From: Candidatus Methanoperedens sp. | GTDB taxonomy: Archaea > Halobacteriota > Methanosarcinia > Methanosarcinales > Methanoperedenaceae | DNA length: 32,000 bases | Reading direction: 5' to 3' | Assembly: GCA_041494705.1 (NCBI GenBank) | Contig: JBGQBI010000001.1 | Location: forward strand, 240,001 to 272,000 | Part shown: positions 7,065-15,807 of the stretch, piece after piece | Layout: each line of letters starts with the position of its first letter | How positions within the stretch are numbered: position 1 is the first letter of the stretch | Notes under the pieces: generated by a model | The model's input: the letters and a program-made list of their open reading frames with translations, nothing else | Databases searched by the model: none | What the model was told of the DNA's origin: nothing | Made by a program: the position numbers and the translations under genes

Positions 7065-7643
7065 ATGCGAGAATATCTTGACCTTGATAAAAGAGACAGG
7101 GAGATATTATCCCTGCTTGAACTCAACCCTGAAATGTCACAGAACGACATGGCCGAGAAACTCAAAATATCCCAGCCGTCGGTCAGTGCCAGGGTTCACA
7201 AGCTCAAACAGAAAGGGGCGCTGTCCCATGTTGTGGGCATGAACCTCAAAAAAGTGAACCTATACATGGCGAAGGTGGATGTGATTGCAAACAACACCTC
7301 ATCCGTGCTTGAGATTTTCAAGGACTGCCCGTATTTCCTGAACGGTCTTATCGTATCCGGAAAGCACAATCTCTGTCTTTTTTTCATTGGCGAGGACATA
7401 GCCACGCTTGAGGCTATTGTGGATGGGCATTTAAGAAGCAATCCTTTGGTCAAAGGGGCAGAGGTCAGTATTGTCATAACCACGATGAAAGACCTCGTCA
7501 TGCCCGTGAAAATGAGCTTTGATACCAGCAGCACGCCGCCGTGCGGAAACGGGTGCAACTGCAAGGAATGCCCACACCACATATCGGACAGGTGTCTTGG
7601 GTGTCCGGTAACCAATAGCTATAACGGGAAGATCTGGAAATAG
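7065..7643 (+). CDS. Lrp/AsnC-family transcriptional regulator with a Cys-rich C-terminal extension
   Basis: HTH (DKRDREILSLLELNPEMSQNDMAEKLKISQPSVSARVHKLKQKGAL), a RAM-like domain, then the tail PPCGNGCNCKECPHHISDRCLGCP. Confidence 0.8.
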   Translation: MREYLDLDKRDREILSLLELNPEMSQNDMAEKLKISQPSVSARVHKLKQKGALSHVVGMNLKKVNLYMAKVDVIANNTSSVLEIFKDCPYFLNGLIVSGKHNLCLFFIGEDIATLEAIVDGHLRSNPLVKGAEVSIVITTMKDLVMPVKMSFDTSSTPPCGNGCNCKECPHHISDRCLGCPVTNSYNGKIWK

Positions 7644-7674
7644 GGCTCAATGCATTGAATATACATAATTATCC

Positions 7675-8100
7675 CTAAACAAACAGGAATTTCTCTTCCT
7701 TTTGTATCATATCATCTATCTTTTCCGCATACTGCCGCTTCAAATTGTCAAGCTTCTCCCCGGGCAGTTTATTCACAATCGGACACCGCTCATCCACGGC
7801 GTCAACGTTTATAACCGGATATAATTCACAAAGAGTCGGGCGGCATTTATATATGCGGCATCGGTTCTCCTTATTCAGGAAGATGCACCGCCCTTTAATC
7901 ATCTTCATCGCATAGTAAATACCGTGCTCGCCTTTTGCCAGCCTGAAATACTTACGGGGGTCAAGTTCCAGGGCATACTCATTCCTGATATTTGCAATCA
8001 GTTCCGAAACTTCATCCCGTGTCAGGACAGCGCAGTTGCGGCAGCAGAGGGAATTGCAGAGTTTAATATCGCAATCAAGGGCACCATCCTGCGTTCTCAT
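7675..8100 (-). CDS. YkgJ/UPF0153-type Cys-cluster (Zn/Fe-chelating) protein
   Basis: CDIKLCNSLCCRNC ... GRCIFL...NRCRIYKCRPTLCELYP pattern. It lies 8 bp downstream of rubrerythrin on the same strand. Confidence 0.65.
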   Translation of the reverse strand: MRTQDGALDCDIKLCNSLCCRNCAVLTRDEVSELIANIRNEYALELDPRKYFRLAKGEHGIYYAMKMIKGRCIFLNKENRCRIYKCRPTLCELYPVINVDAVDERCPIVNKLPGEKLDNLKRQYAEKIDDMIQKEEKFLFV

Positions 8101-8108
8101 GAAATTAA

Positions 8109-8681
8109 CTACCAGTTCTCAGCCAGCACCTCATAATATGATTGCGGGTGTTTGCATGCGGGGCACTCTTTTGGCGCTTCGGTACCCTCATGGATATATC
8201 CGCAGTTCCGGCAGTGCCATTTAACGGTTTTGTTCCTCTTAAAGAAAGTTCCGGCTTTTACGAGCTTCAATAGCTCCCTGTACCGCCGTTCGTGAAACTG
8301 CTCAACCTCGCCAATTTCGGTAAAAGATTCGGCGACTTCAGGAAAACCCTCTTCTTTCGCAGTCTTTGCAAAGCCGGGATAAAGAGTCCCCCATTCAAGT
8401 TTTTCCCCCTCCGCTGCCGCAAGAAGGTTATCTTCGGTATTCCCGATGACCCCGGCCGGGTACATGGCCGTTATCTCAACATTCCCTCCCTGAAGATGTT
8501 TAAAGAAGATCTTTGCATGCTCCTTTTCATTGTCTGCGGTCTCAAGGAAAATCGCAGAAATCTGTTCAAATCCTTCGCTCTTTGCAGCGCTTGCAAAGTA
8601 GGTATAGCGGTTTCTCGCCTGTGATTCGCCCGCAAAGGATGCAAGAAGATTCTTTTCTGTTCGGCTACCTTTAAAATTCAT
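8109..8681 (-). CDS. rbr: Rubrerythrin
   Basis: Ferritin-like diiron domain (GESQARNRY...EKEHAKIF...E..H) plus a C-terminal rubredoxin motif (CRNCGY...CPACKHP). SD GGGAGG lies upstream. Confidence 0.92.
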   Translation of the reverse strand: MNFKGSRTEKNLLASFAGESQARNRYTYFASAAKSEGFEQISAIFLETADNEKEHAKIFFKHLQGGNVEITAMYPAGVIGNTEDNLLAAAEGEKLEWGTLYPGFAKTAKEEGFPEVAESFTEIGEVEQFHERRYRELLKLVKAGTFFKRNKTVKWHCRNCGYIHEGTEAPKECPACKHPQSYYEVLAENW

Positions 8682-8814
8682 ATGTGGGTTCCTCCCTTTT
8701 GCATAAATGCTTTTACTAATATCATAAGCTTTTGGGAGTTATAATCTTTAATACTGGTTCAGGAGATTGTCCCAAAGTCATCCGTTACATTTATATATAA
8801 TAATGATATTGCTG

Positions 8815-8957
8815 GGGGGCGATGGATGGGTTAATCTATTTTTAAATACACTAACCCCCACTCCCCAACCCGTCCATCATTCTATTATTAATTCAGCATT
8901 CAAGTTAATTTTTAGCAATCAACTTTTAAGATTGGATTTGAAGGTTAATCCTTTTTT
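8815..8957 (+). ncRNA. Candidate small non-coding RNA (hypothesis only)
   Basis: TATA-like TTTATATATAA at 8790-8800. 12-bp stem GATGGATGGGTT (8821-8832) / AACCCGTCCATC (8867-8878), 11 of 12 paired, encloses a C-rich loop. 3' hairpin GGATT-n8-AATCC (8934-8951) is followed by T6 (8952-8957). No credible ORF. Confidence 0.25.
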
Positions 8958-8958
8958 G

Positions 8959-9426
<468 letters not shown>

Positions 9427-9541
9427 TTACTTTGAAGGATTCAAAGATATATTAAATGATTTCCTTTTCTTTTGCAAAAGATATACATGCAAGATAGTTG
9501 TATTAGCAAAAAATGACAGGAATTATAAGGAGAAACCCATT

Positions 9542-10687
9542 ATGAATCTTGAAAATAATTTGCTGATGATACCGGGCCCGGTGCCCGTGGCGCCGAGGAT
9601 ACTCCGTGCCATGTCAAAACCCATAATAGGGCATCGCGGCAAGGAATTCGGCGATATGTACAACGAATGCAGGCAGACACTGCAGGAGCTCTTCGGCACA
9701 AAAAATGATATTTATATCATAAGCGGTTCGGGCAGTTGCGCCATGGAAGCCGCTGTCGGGAACGTCATCGGGGAAAAAGACACGCTCATAACCATAGAGA
9801 ACGGCAAGTTCGGGGAACGCTTCAGGGAAATTGGCGAGCGCTACGGCAATGTAAAAGCTGTAAAATTCGACTGGACAAAAGGCGAATCCATAGAACTTGA
9901 CCGTGTGGAGAGCGCGCTGGCTGAAGGGGCAAAAGCCGTTACCCTTGTGCATAATGATACTTCCGTGGGCATCAAGAACCCGGCAAAAGAGATAGGTGAA
10001 CTTGCGAAAAAATACGGCGCCCTGTTCATTATGGATGGCGTGACCACCATCGGCGGGGATGAAGTCCTCGTGGATAAATGGGGTGTTGATATAGCCGTGG
10101 TCGGCTCCCAGAAGTGCATAGGCGCGCCCCCGGGATTATCCGCCATCTCGGTGAGCAAGAAGGCATGGGATTCCATGGTTGATAAGCCGCCTTATTATAT
10201 GGATTTGAAAGCATACAAGAAATCTGCGAACAAAGAGACGGCGCAGACTCCTTATACACCTGCAGTTCCGTTATTTTTCGCGTTGCATGAAGCGCTTCGC
10301 ATTGTGAAAGAGGAAGGACTTCCGGCGCGCATCAAGAGACATGCCATGTACGCAGAAGCCCTGCGGGCGGCTGCGGCTGCTATGAACGTGGAGATGTTCC
10401 CGCAGTTGAACAAATACAGCAGATACTCAAATACTGTTACAGCCATGAAAATTCCCACAGGCATCGACGACAAAAAACTGCGCGGCGGCATAAAGGAACT
10501 GGGCATCCAGATTTCGGGCGGGCAGGGACCTCTTGAGGGCAAGATATTCAGGATAGGTAGCATGGGCAACATAAGCAAACTGGATATTTTGAGCACAGTT
10601 CAGGTAGTGGAAATAGTGCTTCACAGGAATGATGTTGTTAAGAAAATGGGCCCCGGTGTCGAAGCCGCCAGCAATATATTAAAATAA
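9542..10687 (+). CDS. Class V PLP-dependent aminotransferase (serine-glyoxylate / aspartate / phosphoserine aminotransferase family)
   Basis: MIPGPVPV...HRG.EF..., VHNDTSVG, GSQKCIGAPPG (PLP Lys). Start moved from 9374 to the ATG at 9542, which is preceded by AGGAG. Confidence 0.8.
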   Translation: MNLENNLLMIPGPVPVAPRILRAMSKPIIGHRGKEFGDMYNECRQTLQELFGTKNDIYIISGSGSCAMEAAVGNVIGEKDTLITIENGKFGERFREIGERYGNVKAVKFDWTKGESIELDRVESALAEGAKAVTLVHNDTSVGIKNPAKEIGELAKKYGALFIMDGVTTIGGDEVLVDKWGVDIAVVGSQKCIGAPPGLSAISVSKKAWDSMVDKPPYYMDLKAYKKSANKETAQTPYTPAVPLFFALHEALRIVKEEGLPARIKRHAMYAEALRAAAAAMNVEMFPQLNKYSRYSNTVTAMKIPTGIDDKKLRGGIKELGIQISGGQGPLEGKIFRIGSMGNISKLDILSTVQVVEIVLHRNDVVKKMGPGVEAASNILK

Positions 10688-10699
10688 ATTAAAAAAGTA

Positions 10700-11056
10700 T
10701 TACTGTTGCGGTTTTAACCGCTCAGTAATTTTTATATCGTCAAGCACCTTGGCAATAAGCCCTTTGGCATTCTGGAGATGCGCTGTTCCACTGCCTGCCA
10801 GTTGCGTGAAGTTGTCCTGAATAAAGACTTCATTCTCCTGCATCAGGTAAATATAATAAACAAGTATGCCCCAGTAAACAGAACCGCCTAACAACACTGC
10901 GGCACCTATAACAATCATCTGGTTAAAAACCAGATAAGTTGTCATGCCAAGCGGGTACAGTTTTTCAATGGCAATCCAGAAGTTGTACATTATTATCAAA
11001 CCAATGATTATGGGCACTATCCCGATAATTACCAGATTATTTTTACTGAGTCTCAT
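10700..11056 (-). CDS. Hypothetical membrane protein (about 3 TM plus a soluble tail)
   Basis: Hydrophobic segments are present. The ATG at 11056 is preceded by GGAGGTGG, so the track start at 11089 (GTG) was rejected. Confidence 0.5.
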   Translation of the reverse strand: MRLSKNNLVIIGIVPIIIGLIIMYNFWIAIEKLYPLGMTTYLVFNQMIVIGAAVLLGGSVYWGILVYYIYLMQENEVFIQDNFTQLAGSGTAHLQNAKGLIAKVLDDIKITERLKPQQ

Positions 11057-11213
11057 CTCTTTCCACCTCCACATAATATGTAAGTTCACTATATAAATGT
11101 TGTTTATCGGTCATACGAAAATTTTATTAAATTATAGGGATAATTAATCTATTTTTATTAATAACCACATTTTAAATACTATTAATTCCAATTCATATTT
11201 TAGAGGTTAGAGT

Positions 11214-11732
11214 ATGGAGTGTATAGAAACTATTAAAGGGAGACGGTCTGTCAGGAGATTCAAGGCCCAACCAGTCGGCAAAGAGATGATAGAGGAACTT
11301 TTGGATGCAGCCCGGATGGCGCCGTCAGCGGGAAACCTGCAGGCGCGTGATTTCATAGTTATTTCCAATAAAATTACAAAACAGAAATTGAAAGAAGCGG
11401 CACTGGGACAGGCATTCATCGAACAGGCTCCGATAGTGATTGTTGCAGTTGCGAATATCGAACGCTCATCGCGGGTATACAAAACAAGGGGGGAGCTTTA
11501 TGCAATCCAGGATGCCACGGCCGGCGTGGAGAACATCCTGCTTTCGGCTTGTTCGCTGGGACTTGCAGCATGCTGGGTGGGCGCGTTCGATGAGAACGCA
11601 GTCAGCGAGCTTCTTAGCATCCCCCATAAAACAAAACCAATAGCTATAATACCTGTTGGATACGCAGATGAAGAACCGGTTGCGCCGCCCAGGATGGGTC
11701 TGGATAAGGTAGTTCACTGGGAAACGTGGTAA
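11214..11732 (+). CDS. Nitroreductase-family FMN oxidoreductase
   Basis: IKGRRSVRRF...APSAGNLQ...CWVGAF... signature. Confidence 0.85.
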   Translation: MECIETIKGRRSVRRFKAQPVGKEMIEELLDAARMAPSAGNLQARDFIVISNKITKQKLKEAALGQAFIEQAPIVIVAVANIERSSRVYKTRGELYAIQDATAGVENILLSACSLGLAACWVGAFDENAVSELLSIPHKTKPIAIIPVGYADEEPVAPPRMGLDKVVHWETW

Positions 11733-12299
11733 CTACAATTCCACCTGCTCTATCCAGTTCATTTTTCCGGGCAGGAAATCATGGGGTGTTTTTCCCTGCT
11801 TCAGGGATTCAATTATCTCAATAACAGATTTTACAACAGCCAGCGGATTGATATCCGTGGTATTTATCTCAAAGACGTTTTTACTGCGTTCTGCGGATTC
11901 CACAAGTATTACATCCAGCGCCTCAGCATTGGCATTTTCTTTCACTTTCGAAAAAGAGTAATTCTTTCTTTTCCCAAGACGCCTCCGCAGAGCTACAGGA
12001 TGCGTCCTCAGCACAATAATAACATCCGCAGGCAAAAGATGCGAAAGATGACCTTCCATAATAATATCCATCCCCAGCGGCACCTGGCTGGTTATCTGCG
12101 TCACGCGCTCTTCCAGTTTGTCCATGTCAGCTTCATATGTGTCTCGCGCCTCATCCTTCCCGGTGTAAAGCTTTTCGCCAAGGACAATTTTGTTCAGGTC
12201 GATGATATGGAATTGTTTCCTGTATTGCGAATGCTCGCTCAATATCCCGCAAATAGTGGTTTTACCCGTGCCGGGTGTGCCAGAGAGAGCGATTATCAT
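11733..12299 (-). CDS. Fap7/AK6-type adenylate kinase-like NTPase
   Basis: MIIALSGTPGTGKTT P-loop. ...VIIVLRTHPVALRRRLGKR.YS..KVKENANAEALDVILVE matches the Fap7 lid/C-terminal region. Start moved to the ATG at 12299. Confidence 0.7.
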   Translation of the reverse strand: MIIALSGTPGTGKTTICGILSEHSQYRKQFHIIDLNKIVLGEKLYTGKDEARDTYEADMDKLEERVTQITSQVPLGMDIIMEGHLSHLLPADVIIVLRTHPVALRRRLGKRKNYSFSKVKENANAEALDVILVESAERSKNVFEINTTDINPLAVVKSVIEIIESLKQGKTPHDFLPGKMNWIEQVEL

Positions 12300-12378
12300 A
12301 AAGCGATGCCCCGCTTTATGCGGTGAATATATGCGGCACCGCAAAGACGCGAAGAACGCAAAGATTTCTTAAAAATAA

Positions 12379-13452
12379 TCATAATATCGCGCCCAATGCT
12401 TCTATGACCTTTTCATTCTGCTCGTCCGTGCCCACGGTTATCCTGATAAGAGACTGACCTGCGCCCCTGAAAGAGGTGCAGTCCCGCACTATTATGCCTT
12501 TTCTCAACAGCGATTCTGAAACTTCCGCCGCTGTATGAGGGGAAACATCTATCAGGATGAAATTCGCCTCCGAGGGATATACTTTGCATAGAGGCTCAAG
12601 TCCTTTGCTCAATTGGATGCGCCCTTTTTTCACGGTTTCAATGCTTTTCTTAAGATGTTCCTTATCTTTTAACGCTGCAATCCCGCCCACGGATGATAAT
12701 ACATCCACAGAGAACGGCGTCATGACTTTCATGTATTCCCTGGCAATCCATTGCGGCACCACGGCATAACCCATGCGCATCCCGGCAAGGCCGAAAGCCT
12801 TTGAGAATGTGCGCCCGATTATAAGATTATCATATTCCCTCACGAGCCCCATGAGAGCATGTCCTGAAAAATCGGCATAAGCTTCATCCACGAACACTAT
12901 GGCATCAACGGATTCCAGTATCTTCCTTACATCCTTTTCGCTGACAGTGTTCCCGGAAGGGTTGTTCGGCGAGCAGAGAAAAATCATTTTCGTGCTGTCA
13001 TTAACTTTATCCAGAATCATTTCAGGCTCGATAGTGAAATCCAACGCGCGCTCTACAAAAACCGGTTTTCCCCCGTTTGCGAGCGTTGCGATTTCATAAT
13101 ACGAAAAAGTGGGTATGGGTATGATGGTTTCGGCTTCAGGAGCCATGAAAAGCCTCATCATGGTATCGAGTATCCCGTCCATGCCGTTCCCCGAAACGAC
13201 GATGTTATCCACAGGATAAGCTGTATAGGCAGATATCGCTTTTCTTAATTCAAGCGCATCCGAAGGCGGATACAGGTGGATTTTCCCGGCTTTTTCCTTA
13301 ATGGCAGAAACTGCAAGCGGGGAAGGCCCGAGTGGATTTTCATTTGAACCCAGTTTTATAATTTTGGCGGGGTCAAGCCCATATTTTTGGACAATTTCCT
13401 CGATAGACTTTCCCGGCACGTACTCTTTGATATTCTTAATCGAGGGGCGCAC
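12379..13452 (-). CDS. hisC: Histidinol-phosphate aminotransferase
   Basis: SNENPLGPSP, FVDEAY, RTFSKAFGLAGMRMGY. Start re-assigned to GTG 13452 (MRPSIKNIKEYVPGKS...), because the track's N-terminal extension consists of a strong hairpin plus U-tract. Confidence 0.85.
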   Translation of the reverse strand: MRPSIKNIKEYVPGKSIEEIVQKYGLDPAKIIKLGSNENPLGPSPLAVSAIKEKAGKIHLYPPSDALELRKAISAYTAYPVDNIVVSGNGMDGILDTMMRLFMAPEAETIIPIPTFSYYEIATLANGGKPVFVERALDFTIEPEMILDKVNDSTKMIFLCSPNNPSGNTVSEKDVRKILESVDAIVFVDEAYADFSGHALMGLVREYDNLIIGRTFSKAFGLAGMRMGYAVVPQWIAREYMKVMTPFSVDVLSSVGGIAALKDKEHLKKSIETVKKGRIQLSKGLEPLCKVYPSEANFILIDVSPHTAAEVSESLLRKGIIVRDCTSFRGAGQSLIRITVGTDEQNEKVIEALGAIL

Positions 13453-13492
13453 CAGTCCTTCAAAAAACTTTAAGAAAGTTTTATCAAACGAA

Positions 13493-13518
13493 GGGGTATG
13501 GTCTTGCGACCATACCCC
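13493..13518 (-). terminator. 11-bp perfect stem with a GCAA tetraloop, followed by a U-rich tract, between argD and hisC
   Basis: The minus strand reads GGGGTATGGTC-GCAA-GACCATACCCC, then TTCGTTTGATAAAACTTTCTTAAAGTTTTTT. Confidence 0.55.
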
Positions 13519-13546
13519 TAGACCGCATAAAGCGAGGTGTCGCTTT

Positions 13547-14704
13547 TCAAATGTCATTCAGCACCGACACCACCGTATCAAGCTGTTCTTTCGTAATAGT
13601 TAGCGGCGGGACAAAACGCAGCACGGATTCCGAGGTGCAGTTAAGAAGCACGCCCTGTTCGCGGGCTTTATTCACAATGTCCTCGCACTTGATTGAGAGT
13701 TCCATGCCTACCATCAAACCTTTGCCGCGTATCTCTTTTACATAATCCTTCTTTAAACCTTCAAGTTTTTTAATGAGATAATCACCCAATTCTTCGGAGC
13801 GCTTTACGAGTTTTTCTTTCCTGATTACCTCTATATTGGCAAGAGCCGCAGCGCAGGCAAGGGAATTCCCGCCAAACGTGGATGCGTGGTCGCCGCGCAC
13901 GAAATTTGCAGCCACGTCTTCACGCGCGAGCATTGCGCCCATGGGAAAGCCTCCGCCCATTGCTTTGGCTGTGGTCATAATATCGGGTATGATGTCTGAA
14001 TGCTCTTTCGCAAACCATTTTCCCGTCCTCCCAAACCCTGTCTGCACTTCATCCAGTATCAATAAAGTATCTTTTTCATCGCAAATCTTGCGCACTTCTT
14101 TCAGGTATCCGTCTGAAGGTATTATCACACCGCCTTCCCCCTGCATGGGTTCAAGAATCACGCCGGCTGTGTTTTCATTGATTGCCGCCCTTATTGCATC
14201 GGTGTCGTTGTACGGCACGAATACCGCAGGCGCAAGGGGTTCGAAGGGCTTGCGGTATTTTTCCTTGTGGGTGACGCTGAGAGCGCCACGCGTCCTTCCA
14301 TGGAACGCATGTTCCGTGGCAATGAATTCTTTCTTACCCGAAGCTTTCCGTGCAAGTTTCAGGGCGCCTTCAACGGCTTCAGCTCCTGAATTACAGAAAA
14401 AGACACGGTCAAGCATCGTAAGCTTCGAAAGTTCCTCGGCGAGAAGAGCCTGGTTTTCGGTATAATAAAGATTCGATACATGTATTAACTGCTCTGCCTG
14501 ACGTTTAATAGCATTAACTATAGCGGGGTGGCAGTGACCCACGTTATTCACCGCTATTCCTGCCACGCAGTCGATGTATTCCTTACCGTTGACATCCGTC
14601 ACTACTGCGCCGCATGCCTTTTTTATCGCAATGGGCTGGCGGGTGTAGGTCTGGAATACATATTTTTCGTATTTCCTGACTATCTCATCATAATTAAGAG
14701 CCAT
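13547..14704 (-). CDS. argD: Acetylornithine (class III) aminotransferase
   Basis: 385 aa with ...FFCNSGAEAVE..., LILDEVQTGFGRTG and TTAKAMGGGFPMGA (PLP Lys). Confidence 0.85.
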   Translation of the reverse strand: MALNYDEIVRKYEKYVFQTYTRQPIAIKKACGAVVTDVNGKEYIDCVAGIAVNNVGHCHPAIVNAIKRQAEQLIHVSNLYYTENQALLAEELSKLTMLDRVFFCNSGAEAVEGALKLARKASGKKEFIATEHAFHGRTRGALSVTHKEKYRKPFEPLAPAVFVPYNDTDAIRAAINENTAGVILEPMQGEGGVIIPSDGYLKEVRKICDEKDTLLILDEVQTGFGRTGKWFAKEHSDIIPDIMTTAKAMGGGFPMGAMLAREDVAANFVRGDHASTFGGNSLACAAALANIEVIRKEKLVKRSEELGDYLIKKLEGLKKDYVKEIRGKGLMVGMELSIKCEDIVNKAREQGVLLNCTSESVLRFVPPLTITKEQLDTVVSVLNDI

Positions 14705-14718
14705 ATAAATCCTAAATA

Positions 14719-15486
14719 TTATCTTTTGGCAGAGTCAAAAAGACTCACTTCATCGTTCATCACAGTCTCACCCGGGTAAACGATGATGCCTTTATCCCTT
14801 ATCTCGTATGGATGCAGGGTTTCATCATGCTTGACGCCTCTCATCTTTAATATTTCTATTGCTTTTACCCTGTTCCCCTCAGCCCTGAACACATGCAGCC
14901 GGATGACGCCGGAAGAAAGATATTCTTCAACGCTGAATGCCGATTGGTTGCCCTGTATCTCGCTTGACATGAGGGTTGTGCAATCAAGATACTCAAGATT
15001 CTTAATGAACTCCGATATTTTATGCCTGACTTCCGATGTATCTGTCGATATTTTAAAAGAAGTTATGGAATCAATAAATATCCTTTTTGCATTTATTGCT
15101 TCCACCTCTGCCTGGATTTGCTCAAAGATGCTCCCGATATTTTTTCTTGCTGCTATGGTATTGATCGGGATTTTTTCAAGGGTTTTTACAAACTTCGTAT
15201 ATGTAAACGGGTTCGCGTATATTATTTTCATTTTTTTCTGGGATACGAGCTTTTCAATATCCCACCCGAATCTCCACATGTCCCTTATTATCCGCGAAGG
15301 GGTTTCTTCCATCACCACAAGGACGCCGGGTTCATCAAAATTTACAACCCCGCCATACAGGTACTGCACGCCGAAAGTAGTTTTCCCTGTGCCAGGCCCG
15401 CCTGTTACAAGAATTACATCGTTCTCTACATAACCTCCTTCGATTAATTCATCAAGACCCGGGATGGCTGATTTTACTTTGCCCAT
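14719..15486 (-). CDS. KaiC/RadA-like single-domain RecA-superfamily ATPase
   Basis: IPGLDELIEGG...ILVTGGPGTGKTTFGVQYL Walker A and KaiC-domain layout. Confidence 0.8.
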   Translation of the reverse strand: MGKVKSAIPGLDELIEGGYVENDVILVTGGPGTGKTTFGVQYLYGGVVNFDEPGVLVVMEETPSRIIRDMWRFGWDIEKLVSQKKMKIIYANPFTYTKFVKTLEKIPINTIAARKNIGSIFEQIQAEVEAINAKRIFIDSITSFKISTDTSEVRHKISEFIKNLEYLDCTTLMSSEIQGNQSAFSVEEYLSSGVIRLHVFRAEGNRVKAIEILKMRGVKHDETLHPYEIRDKGIIVYPGETVMNDEVSLFDSAKR

Positions 15487-15546
15487 TCGTTTCCTCGTTA
15501 TTAGTAATGCGATGTATTATTAATATATATAATTAGTGAAAAGAGA

Positions 15547-15750
15547 TTAGGGATGAGCGATAAACCTGTTTTTCTTAAACTCGCTGCATACCAGTTCTTT
15601 TACCGGAATATCCTCTTCTTTGCATTTTTCATCTTTCCATGCCTCGATTGAACGAAAAATAAAAAACATGCCATCCTTTTTTTTGGAGGCTTCAAGATTG
15701 GGGTCACTTGATGTGTCAAAAAATGACTCGTATCCGTCTAAAACTGTCAT
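15547..15750 (-). CDS. Hypothetical 67-aa protein
   Basis: Track ORF only, with no recognisable motif. It sits between hypF and the KaiC-like gene on the same strand. Confidence 0.3.
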   Translation of the reverse strand: MTVLDGYESFFDTSSDPNLEASKKKDGMFFIFRSIEAWKDEKCKEEDIPVKELVCSEFKKNRFIAHP

Positions 15751-15807
15751 CTGATTATTAGACGTGCTGATTATTAATGAAGCTTACGGAAATGTTTACA
15801 CCGGGGA

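Noticed and set aside
8925-8958. tRNA-like T-loop (GGATTTGAAGG)
   Set aside because: No flanking T-stem, acceptor or anticodon arms can be drawn. It is better explained as a short hairpin plus T6.
14783-15433. Long plus-strand ORF (216 aa) opposite the KaiC-like gene. Similar long antisense ORFs occur at 1437-1868 (-), 16649-17122 (+), 18303-18842 (-), 18676-19194 (-), 20280-20741 (+), 21671-22408 (-), 22901-23398 (-), 25884-26360 (-) and 13836-14465 (+)
   Set aside because: Each lies antisense to a gene with unmistakable family motifs (Walker A, HypF/HypE/HypD, hydrogenase subunits, ArgD). Their translations are low-complexity, Ser/Pro/Arg-rich and without motifs. These are classic shadow ORFs.
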